A stretch of DNA of 64,000 nt from Euryarchaeota archaeon UBA558 (GTDB taxonomy: Archaea > Thermoplasmatota > Poseidoniia > Poseidoniales > Thalassarchaeaceae), in NCBI GenBank assembly GCA_002507175.1, contig DAZE01000005.1:20980-84979 (forward strand), given 5' to 3'. The notes below the pieces were generated by a model that searched no databases, was not told the origin of the DNA, and saw only the letters and a program-made list of their open reading frames with translations. The translations under genes and the position numbers were made by a program. Below are positions 1 to 7,661 of this stretch, piece by piece. How positions within the stretch are numbered: position 1 is the first letter of the stretch; every line of letters starts with the position of its first letter.

Positions 1-1
1 T

Positions 2-1237
2 GTGAACGTCAACCAAAGGCATGAGGTAGAGTTAGAATTCACTTCCACCTCGCAAAACGGCCGCACGGACCAAATAGTTAGGTTTCCTTTCGTAGTGACA
101 AACCACGGGAACGTAGAAGACACAATCAAGCTTCAAGTGTGTGACCCCGGTGATCAAACTGGTTGTAATGCACCTGAATGGAGTGCGTCCTACTCAGATT
201 CAAGCGGAAATGGAATCAACCAAGTCAGTCTGGAACCAGGCCAATCAAGAAACCTATACCTGGATGTCAACGTGGAAGGCGAGGAGAATGCCGACTCAGC
301 AAGGATATTGGCTAGGGCGGCGGTGTTCGGAGCCGATGCTGACGCCAAGGAAACCGTGACAGTGACGGTCTCGAATTACAATTATTCGTTCGAAATATCA
401 CCATTGGAACCGGGCATAATGCCTGATCAAATAGATCTGACACTTCCACCAGGAGGTGAAACAACAGTTTCTTTCTATGTCGACAACACAGGAGACTACC
501 CTGCTGGCGACAATCTTAAGGTTGAAATCACAGGTCTTGAGGCACTCGTAATCAGAACGGTCAGTATCCAAGGAAACGCCATAACAGCACCAGTTCCAGT
601 GGGTGCAGGGGAGAGAATACAAATTGATGTGAGGCTTGAGGTGATCCAAGGATCGGGCAATGGCTTGAATGGCCTTATGCAAATTAATACTTTTTCGACG
701 TTGAATCCAAACGAAGTTTCTGCCTTGGACATAGCAGTAGAGATCAGAACAATCCATGACCTACGAATAACAATGGAAGAGGCGACTAAGCAAACTACAA
801 CATATCCCGACAAGGGCGAGTACACCTTTTTCGTGACAAATCACGGCAACGTTGTGGAGGACGTCGTCGTTATTCCTACTGAGTCCCTGAGGGGGTGGTC
901 TGTTGACATCCTGCCAGACAATTTTGATTTGGAACCAGGGCAGACCATGGAAATAAGGGTAAACACTCTCCCACCAGCAGATCTCATTTCTGACGATGAA
1001 TATCGGTTTACCATCGTTGTGCAACCGAAGGGCCTACCAGCCGCAGGGCAGCCACTCGATTTAGTCACGGTGACTAACCTTCCTGCCGGCTTTCTGTCCC
1101 TGTCGGACACAGCAGAGCAGATTCTGATCATATCTCTCATCGGAATTGGGGTTCTGACGATTACAGTCCTAACTTTCAGATCGAGACGAGAAAACCGGCG
1201 AATATTAGAGGCGCTGGGCGATGAGGGCAAGCTCTGA
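2..1237 (+). CDS. Membrane-anchored surface protein with tandem Ig-like/NEW3-type domains (5' truncated by window edge)
   Basis: Recurrent F-x-V-T-N-H-G-N-V-x-D and L-x-P-G-[QE] motifs; acidic and beta-rich; C-terminal TM (ILIISLIGIGVLTITVLTF) followed by basic RSRR. Confidence 0.65.
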   Translation: MNVNQRHEVELEFTSTSQNGRTDQIVRFPFVVTNHGNVEDTIKLQVCDPGDQTGCNAPEWSASYSDSSGNGINQVSLEPGQSRNLYLDVNVEGEENADSARILARAAVFGADADAKETVTVTVSNYNYSFEISPLEPGIMPDQIDLTLPPGGETTVSFYVDNTGDYPAGDNLKVEITGLEALVIRTVSIQGNAITAPVPVGAGERIQIDVRLEVIQGSGNGLNGLMQINTFSTLNPNEVSALDIAVEIRTIHDLRITMEEATKQTTTYPDKGEYTFFVTNHGNVVEDVVVIPTESLRGWSVDILPDNFDLEPGQTMEIRVNTLPPADLISDDEYRFTIVVQPKGLPAAGQPLDLVTVTNLPAGFLSLSDTAEQILIISLIGIGVLTITVLTFRSRRENRRILEALGDEGKL

Positions 1238-1320
1238 TCGAGCAGATCTTTTAGATGGGTTTATGGAGCATTTTCTGGTGGGAAGTCTCGTAGTCCCCTC
1301 GGGGGTTGGTGGTGGTGCTC

Positions 1321-1767
1321 ATGGATACAGTCACGGAGGCGTATCTTGCATTCGCCATAATGACTCTCGTAGGCATCGGTTTTCCCGTTGGAGCATTTAT
1401 TGCCTCCTACTTCCTTAGACCGATCGAGGACCCCAATGACAGGACCAAGGTCCGATCCATACTTCTATCTGGATACGACAGGGATCATACCCTTTATCCT
1501 CGGGCTGCCACAACCTACGAGTGCGGTGCAGAGCCTCTAGGAGAAGCACATATCAACTTCCACTTCCAGTATTATTGGTACGCCATTATATTCCTCGTCT
1601 TTGACATCGCATTCATGTTCCTAGCATTCGGTGGCATTGTGGCCATAGATTCAACTCTAGATCAGTCCGAGGTCATCTCGGCATTGGTGACTATGTCAAT
1701 TTTCATGCTCCTAATGAGCCTGGGTGTTTGGCATGTATTCAGGAAAAGAGGAAGAATCTACATTTGA
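1321..1767 (+). CDS. nuoA: NADH-quinone oxidoreductase-like subunit A
   Basis: TYECG, YYWYAIIFLVFD, 3 TM; ATG 1321 preceded by GGTGGTG RBS. Confidence 0.93.
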   Translation: MDTVTEAYLAFAIMTLVGIGFPVGAFIASYFLRPIEDPNDRTKVRSILLSGYDRDHTLYPRAATTYECGAEPLGEAHINFHFQYYWYAIIFLVFDIAFMFLAFGGIVAIDSTLDQSEVISALVTMSIFMLLMSLGVWHVFRKRGRIYI

Positions 1768-1776
1768 GGTGGTCCC

Positions 1777-2373
1777 ATGGCAGATGACAATCAGAACTTT
1801 ACAGTGTTCAACAGCAGAATCCTTGTCGATACTGTAGGTCACGTGACCGATGAAGCCCTGAAAGCCTCGAGAATAAAAGATGTGATTGGCGTGTTGGCCG
1901 GGAGACTCTTTAATTGGGGCCAGAGGAAATCTTTGTTCCCACTCCACCTTGGAATAAAGTGCTGCGCTCTAGAAATGGCCGCAGCCGGTGCCAGCCGATT
2001 TGATGCGGAACGATTTGGAGTGTTTTTCAGATCGAGCCCTCGCCAATGCGACGTCTTGTTGGTTAACGGTCCTGTGAGCAAAAAATTCGCCGACCCCCTC
2101 GTTCGATTGTGGGAGCAAATGCCTGAACCTAAATGGTGCATCGCAATGGGGGAATGTGCCATCTCAGGAGGTCCTTATTTCCAGTCGTACAACATTTTGG
2201 AAGGCGTAGACACCGTGATACCGGTTGATGTTTACATCCCCGGCTGCCCCCCCAGGCCAGAAGCTCTGATAGATGGGTTCGCCAAACTCAGACAGAAGAT
2301 AATTCGGATTGGTGCTGTTCCAAGCGAGGACAGATCAGAGGTCGAAGTACCCCTGATACTAGGCGATGACTGA
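1777..2373 (+). CDS. nuoB: Complex I-like subunit B (cluster N2)
   Basis: KCCALEM, SPRQCD, MGECAISGG, VDVYIPGCPPRPE; GAGGTGG RBS. Confidence 0.96.
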   Translation: MADDNQNFTVFNSRILVDTVGHVTDEALKASRIKDVIGVLAGRLFNWGQRKSLFPLHLGIKCCALEMAAAGASRFDAERFGVFFRSSPRQCDVLLVNGPVSKKFADPLVRLWEQMPEPKWCIAMGECAISGGPYFQSYNILEGVDTVIPVDVYIPGCPPRPEALIDGFAKLRQKIIRIGAVPSEDRSEVEVPLILGDD

Positions 2374-2388
2374 TTTAGGTGGTTGCAG

Positions 2389-3051
2389 ATGGGAAAAAGA
2401 GTCAGCGCCGAGGCACAGAAGGAAGCCGTTTCGAAGCTTCTGGAAGACGTGTCGTCCATAGAAGGGGTTGAGGGCGAAGTTCTGACCAGGACAAATGGCA
2501 CCCAAGACCGAAACATCGCCCACATCACATGCCAACCATCAGCATGGAGGGATCTCGCTGAGACAATGAAATACGACCATCTCGTTGACCACTGCTCTAT
2601 GATCACAGGAATTCACTGGCCCGACTCAACAGAATGTAACTGGGAACTTATCTATCATTTCCTCAGAACTGGGGTTTTGGATCCTAAGTCCACGGAAAAT
2701 GGATCCTCGATCATTCCTAATATCACTGATACCAAAAAACTCGGTGGAAACACTGTCCCCATAGAGATCCAGGTCAACGTTGCTATCCCCGAGACGAGAA
2801 CACCATCAATTGCTTCGGTACAGGACATCTGGATTGGAGCAGACTGGAATGAGAAAGAAACATGGGATTTGGTAGGGATTGATTTCGAGGGCCACGAAGG
2901 TATGAGACGAGTATTGAATCCGCATGAAACCCCCCCAGGTTATCACCCCCTACAGAAACAACACAAGCTTCGATACCACGGATTCGAGGAAATGTACGAT
3001 GATGCCCAGGGATTCCTGAGGAAAGCTCCTGATTCCGGACGAGTGAAGTGA
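2389..3051 (+). CDS. nuoC: Complex I-like subunit C
   Basis: WNEKETWDLVGIDFEGH...HPLQK; lies between nuoB and nuoD; AGGTGG RBS. Confidence 0.9.
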   Translation: MGKRVSAEAQKEAVSKLLEDVSSIEGVEGEVLTRTNGTQDRNIAHITCQPSAWRDLAETMKYDHLVDHCSMITGIHWPDSTECNWELIYHFLRTGVLDPKSTENGSSIIPNITDTKKLGGNTVPIEIQVNVAIPETRTPSIASVQDIWIGADWNEKETWDLVGIDFEGHEGMRRVLNPHETPPGYHPLQKQHKLRYHGFEEMYDDAQGFLRKAPDSGRVK

Positions 3052-3061
3052 GGGCGTAAAC

Positions 3062-4198
3062 ATGGCAGAAATGTGGATTTCAATGGGACCACAACACCCA
3101 ATGACCCATGGTCTTTGGACCTTGAAGGTCAAGGTCGACGGTGAGACAGTTGTCGATACCGAGCCCGACCTAGGATACATCCACAGAGGCGTCGAAAAAA
3201 TCTGTGAATCTCGCGATTTCACACAGATAACGACCTATTGCGACAGACTGTGCTATGCCAGCGCAAACACTTGGTCGCATGCCTACATCTACGCCGCGGA
3301 GGACCTCCTCGAGGTTGAGGTGCCAGAGAGGGCAGAGTACATCAGACTGATAGCAGTCGAGCTTCAGAGAATAGCAAGTCATCTGATGTGGTTGGGGGCA
3401 TATGGCCCGGACATTGGGAATCTATCGATCATGGTATGGTGTCTGAGAGAACGCGAGATGATGATGGATCTCCTGCAAGAACTTGGAGGCTCGAGAATGC
3501 ATTACAACTTCCCCAGAATTGGTGGTGTGAAGAGGGACTTGCCATATGGATTTGCACAGCGAGCCAGAGCAAAGTTGGACTTATTCAAGCAGAGAATACA
3601 AGAATATGAGTCACTCTTTGATGAGAGCACAGTATTCCTCGTTAGGACACAAGGAGTTGGATATACAAAGGCAGAAGAAATGGTTAATCACGGAGTCACT
3701 GGCCCCAATGTCCGGGCAGCAGGGGTCGATTACGACGTCAGATGGGCTCACCCATATTCGGTATATTCCGAGCTTGATTGGGCTCCAGCCGTTGAGAGGT
3801 CCTCCGTCAAAGGCGCGGATTGTTACGATCGATACAGAGTGAGGGTCACCGAGATGGTCGAGTCTGCCAACATGGTGCTTGAAGCACTTGAAAGAATGCC
3901 CGGCGGTGCCGAGACTCACTACGAGCCAGGGGATCCAGCCATCATCGCCAAAGCGCCATCGAGGGCACCCGAGGGAACATTCGGCTCCCACCATTTTGAG
4001 GACAGCAGGGGGGAATCAATGTTCCACATTGTTGGAGGGGGAGAAGGACGCGGCAAGAATCCATACCGGGTGTCCATCCGGTCTCCAATGTTCATAACCA
4101 TCCCCTACGCGTCAAAATGCATGATCGGCTACAAGGTTGCCGACATACCAGCAATTATGGGCTCATTCGATCCTTGCATTGGGGAAACGGACAGGTGA
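3062..4198 (+). CDS. nuoD: Complex I-like subunit D
   Basis: GPQHPMTHG, GYIHRGVEK, DRLCY, RIASHL, C-terminal GETDR. Confidence 0.96.
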   Translation: MAEMWISMGPQHPMTHGLWTLKVKVDGETVVDTEPDLGYIHRGVEKICESRDFTQITTYCDRLCYASANTWSHAYIYAAEDLLEVEVPERAEYIRLIAVELQRIASHLMWLGAYGPDIGNLSIMVWCLREREMMMDLLQELGGSRMHYNFPRIGGVKRDLPYGFAQRARAKLDLFKQRIQEYESLFDESTVFLVRTQGVGYTKAEEMVNHGVTGPNVRAAGVDYDVRWAHPYSVYSELDWAPAVERSSVKGADCYDRYRVRVTEMVESANMVLEALERMPGGAETHYEPGDPAIIAKAPSRAPEGTFGSHHFEDSRGESMFHIVGGGEGRGKNPYRVSIRSPMFITIPYASKCMIGYKVADIPAIMGSFDPCIGETDR

Positions 4199-4207
4199 GG
4201 TGACAAC

Positions 4208-5731
4208 ATGGCAAGCAGCGATTGGCTAGACATCAGAGGCTGGATGGATTCCATCATTGGATGGAGCTTGGACAAGACCCATCAAATCCTACCATCATCC
4301 GACATAGGTCTCGGACCCCTTGGGACGATCAACATCCAAGAAGGGTTCTCCTCTATACAGAGCGCTCTGCACATATTCATCTTCACCTCGGTGATGTGCA
4401 CGGTAGTGTTCGCAACCATGATGATAACCCTAATTGTGGTTCCCTACATAGAAAGAAAATTCATTGGTAGATTGATGGACAGGTTTGGCAACACGATGAG
4501 TGCACGAAGCCTATGGGTCGGGGAGGGAGGAGTGACCGCAGGTGAATGGTGGTCGGGCCTCCCACTTGGATTGGGGGCGCCAATTGGGGCAATAAACAAG
4601 GCACTGAACAAGAATTTTGGAAACGATCATCATACAAATTCCGTCACTAGGGTAGGTGACAGGGGCTACCACGGGATCTGGTTCATGCTGCCAGGGTTCG
4701 TGGCAGCTGTCGCTGACTTCGTGAAATTCAACACAAAGGCACACATCGTCCCGGAAAAGGCCGATCGTCTCGTATTCGAGGTAGCGCCCGTCATCATAAT
4801 CTCGACCACCGTTATGGTCTACGCCTTCGTACCATTCGGACCACACATATGGGCAGCGAATCCCGATCTATCATTGATATTCATGATGGCAATTTTCGGA
4901 GTAGCCCCACTCGGCGTTTTCTTCGCAGGCTGGGCCTCTAACAACAAATACACGTTAATTGGAGGTATGAGGTCTGCTGCCCAACTCACAGCATATGAAA
5001 TTCCGTTGTTGGTAACCGTGCTGGGCATAGCCGTTCTGAGCGGTTCTTTCAACATCATCGAAATAGTCGACTTCCAGATTCAATCCTCCGACACATGGAA
5101 TCTGTTCTTGATGCCACTTGGAGCCGTCTTGTTCATAGTGACAATGATTGCTGAGGTGGAGAGAATACCTTTTGACATGCCAGAGGCCGAAGCCGAACTC
5201 GTAGAGGGATGGTGGACAGAATATGGTGGGATTCGATGGGGTCTGATGTTCGCAGTAGAAATGATGCGTGCCTATGCCGCATGCATCCTATTCGCCCTGT
5301 TTTTCCTAGGAGGATGGGAACTACCTTTCCAGGACACACTTGTGGCACTCCCATTAGTCGGAGCCGTCTTTTCAGCACTAGCAGCGGTCACACCTGGCAT
5401 TGCCATACTTTTGATCAAAGCTTATGTCATGTTTGCACTCTTCGTCTGGGTTAGGGCCTCACTCCACAGGATCCGCACTGACCAGATCCTCGAGTTCGGT
5501 TGGAGATACCTCCTCCCCCTCTCTATAATCAACCTAGGACTGGCCATGGTGATGAGAGTGGCCCTATGGGACGGGTCATGGCCAATCTGGCTAGCCCCCT
5601 TGATGACCACCGGGAGCATACTAGTATTCGTACTTCTGGCGATAGACGAGGACAAGGAGGCTCTGAAGAACTCCAACAGGATTTACCATACACAGACCCT
5701 CGAGAAAGCATACCCAGGAAGGAGGGACTAG
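4208..5731 (+). CDS. nuoH: Complex I-like subunit H (extended)
   Basis: ERK...DRFG, GWASNNKYTLIGGMRSAAQ, RIPFDMPEAEAELVEG, RIRTDQ. Confidence 0.95.
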   Translation: MASSDWLDIRGWMDSIIGWSLDKTHQILPSSDIGLGPLGTINIQEGFSSIQSALHIFIFTSVMCTVVFATMMITLIVVPYIERKFIGRLMDRFGNTMSARSLWVGEGGVTAGEWWSGLPLGLGAPIGAINKALNKNFGNDHHTNSVTRVGDRGYHGIWFMLPGFVAAVADFVKFNTKAHIVPEKADRLVFEVAPVIIISTTVMVYAFVPFGPHIWAANPDLSLIFMMAIFGVAPLGVFFAGWASNNKYTLIGGMRSAAQLTAYEIPLLVTVLGIAVLSGSFNIIEIVDFQIQSSDTWNLFLMPLGAVLFIVTMIAEVERIPFDMPEAEAELVEGWWTEYGGIRWGLMFAVEMMRAYAACILFALFFLGGWELPFQDTLVALPLVGAVFSALAAVTPGIAILLIKAYVMFALFVWVRASLHRIRTDQILEFGWRYLLPLSIINLGLAMVMRVALWDGSWPIWLAPLMTTGSILVFVLLAIDEDKEALKNSNRIYHTQTLEKAYPGRRD

Positions 5732-5733
5732 AA

Positions 5734-6738
5734 ATGGAACATTACGACTTCAGGAGCGGCCACCCCCACGCCCAACCTAACTTCAGGAACCTCGTTATCA
5801 GGCCAATGTGGATAACAATGAAGACCGCTCTAAGGACTATTCCGTTGATTGGGCGATTGCCCATGCTTCACAACGACTACCACAACAAGAGAGTTAGCAT
5901 GACTGACGGATTCACAGAGCAAAGGATAGGGTCTGATCACGTTTCCACGAAATGGACGGATTCAGGAGCATATGCGGCGGACAGGGAGGCCAGCGAGGTC
6001 ATGCCATTCGTCGAGAGGCCCGTGACTGTGATGTATCCATATGAGAGGCTTGAGGACCTGGAACCATGGCTTTTCGTGCCAGGGGAATACAACGGGAGAA
6101 TTGGAATTATTTGGGAGACCTGCACAGCATGCAAGGCATGCGTCCGAGCCTGTCCAAACGACTGCCTCCACATGACCTCCGAGACTAGGGTCAACGTGCT
6201 GGATACCACCACTGAGGGTGACGAATGGCATGGCTATGGAGGTGAGATCGAGGTCGGGGGCCTTGCAGCCCTACCAAAGGAGGACCCAACAGAAGCAGAG
6301 ACGTTCGATCTAGTTCACGCTCACTCAGCACCTCCACAGGAATATGATTTTGGCGAGATCATCGACCTATCCGGCTCAACAGCGACAGTGAAGTGGAATG
6401 ATGGGAGTGGGATCGGAGACGTACTAGTCACCGATCTAAAACCAGCAGAGCAGGACATTGTCTCGGGTCGCATAGACATTGGGCGATGCATGTTTTGCGG
6501 CCTCTGCGCCGAGGCATGCCCATTCGAGTCCTTCTTCATGACGAACGAATATGACGGGATGTCCGGCTACACACGTCAGGATCTCTGGTTTGACGCTGAC
6601 AGAACTCGCGTCCTACCATCTGTCCACAAAGAGAGAGTTGACATGGAGCTCGAAAAGAGGGCAAGGAAAGAGAAAACCAAGAGAGAAAAGAAGGCAGCAA
6701 AGGCCAAACAAGCCGCAGAGACATCTCAGGGAGCATGA
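5734..6738 (+). CDS. nuoI: Complex I-like subunit I (2x[4Fe-4S]) with large insertion
   Basis: TVMYPYE, CTACKACVRACP and RCMFCGLCAEACP; ATG 5734 after GGAGG RBS (ORF-track start 5500 overlaps nuoH). Confidence 0.9.
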   Translation: MEHYDFRSGHPHAQPNFRNLVIRPMWITMKTALRTIPLIGRLPMLHNDYHNKRVSMTDGFTEQRIGSDHVSTKWTDSGAYAADREASEVMPFVERPVTVMYPYERLEDLEPWLFVPGEYNGRIGIIWETCTACKACVRACPNDCLHMTSETRVNVLDTTTEGDEWHGYGGEIEVGGLAALPKEDPTEAETFDLVHAHSAPPQEYDFGEIIDLSGSTATVKWNDGSGIGDVLVTDLKPAEQDIVSGRIDIGRCMFCGLCAEACPFESFFMTNEYDGMSGYTRQDLWFDADRTRVLPSVHKERVDMELEKRARKEKTKREKKAAKAKQAAETSQGA

Positions 6739-6742
6739 TTTC

Positions 6743-7006
6743 ATGGTCAACCCCGAGGAGGCCGCGTTCCTTGTGTTCGCAGCAATCGCCATCGGCGGAG
6801 CAATAGGCTGTGTCTATGCCAGAAGAGTGGCTCATTCCCTCCTCTCACTCATGATGACCTTCCTAGCAGTTGCTGGGGTGTTTATTCTTGCAGAAGCCGA
6901 AATGCTCGCTGCGGTACAGATACTCGTTTACCTTGGCTCAGTTATGCTGGTAGTCCAGTTCGGAGTCATGCTCACTCGCCGCCAAATCCAGGAGGGGGAC
7001 ATTTAA
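6743..7006 (+). CDS. nuoJ: Complex I-like subunit J, N-terminal half
   Basis: AEMLAAVQILVYLGSVMLV = NuoJ signature; ATG 6743. Confidence 0.88.
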   Translation: MVNPEEAAFLVFAAIAIGGAIGCVYARRVAHSLLSLMMTFLAVAGVFILAEAEMLAAVQILVYLGSVMLVVQFGVMLTRRQIQEGDI

Positions 7007-7353
7007 TGAGGGCATTAGGAATCCTAGCAAGACTCGGGGTTTTCGTTCTCGTGCTTGTTCTACTGACGGAGACCATGGAGTTTTCTGGATGGACTGACAC
7101 ACCAGAGCCCCCAACCTCGTCGTCCTTCGCGATTGCAATGCTCGATGAATGGAATATGATGACCTTGGTACTAGGATTGTTACTTAGCATGGCGATGATC
7201 GGGGCTTCCTATCTGGTCAGAGACGAACGTCTGGCTAATCTGACATGGGATCTTGGCCAGGATGTAGAGACCCCGGTAATTGGGATGCCCCGTGCTGCCA
7301 CGAGAACCTCCAATAAAAATCAAATTTCGATCACAGGGGATGAAGAAGAATGA
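7006..7353 (+). CDS. Complex I-like subunit J, C-terminal half
   Basis: LVLGLLLSMAMIGA resembles the last TM of NuoJ; TAATG stop/start overlap with upstream half; between nuoJ and nuoK. Confidence 0.75.
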   Translation: MRALGILARLGVFVLVLVLLTETMEFSGWTDTPEPPTSSSFAIAMLDEWNMMTLVLGLLLSMAMIGASYLVRDERLANLTWDLGQDVETPVIGMPRAATRTSNKNQISITGDEEE

Positions 7354-7652
7354 TCGACCCATCGTGGGTATCTGGTTTAGCAGCCATACTCTTCGGCATC
7401 GGCCTTATTGGGACATTCTCTAGGAAAAATGGGATAGTCGTCCTAATGTGCATTGAATTGATGTTGAACGCTGCCAATCTGAATTTCGTGGCAGGCGCCC
7501 TGAACACCGGTGGAGTCGAGGGTTGGGTGTATACCGCGGTTGCAATTGCAATAGCAGCCGCCGAAGTCGCCATAGGCCTCGCGATCCTCTTATCACTCTA
7601 CAGCACCCAAGAGACAATATCTCTGGACGAGGCTGTAATGCTAAAGAACTGA
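7350..7652 (+). CDS. nuoK: Complex I-like subunit K
   Basis: LMCIELMLNAANLNF, AAAEVAIGLA. Confidence 0.95.
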   Translation: MIDPSWVSGLAAILFGIGLIGTFSRKNGIVVLMCIELMLNAANLNFVAGALNTGGVEGWVYTAVAIAIAAAEVAIGLAILLSLYSTQETISLDEAVMLKN

Positions 7653-7661
7653 GGTAAAGCG

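Noticed and set aside
1777-4198. Group 4 [NiFe] hydrogenase
   Set aside because: The large subunit lacks both complete CxxC motifs, NuoB has the tandem CC of complex I, and no maturation genes are present
5500-5733. ORF-track N-terminal extension of nuoI (similarly 9863-9961 for nuoM and 6551-6742 for nuoJ)
   Set aside because: These overlap upstream genes; downstream starts with RBS-like motifs or operon-typical spacing fit better
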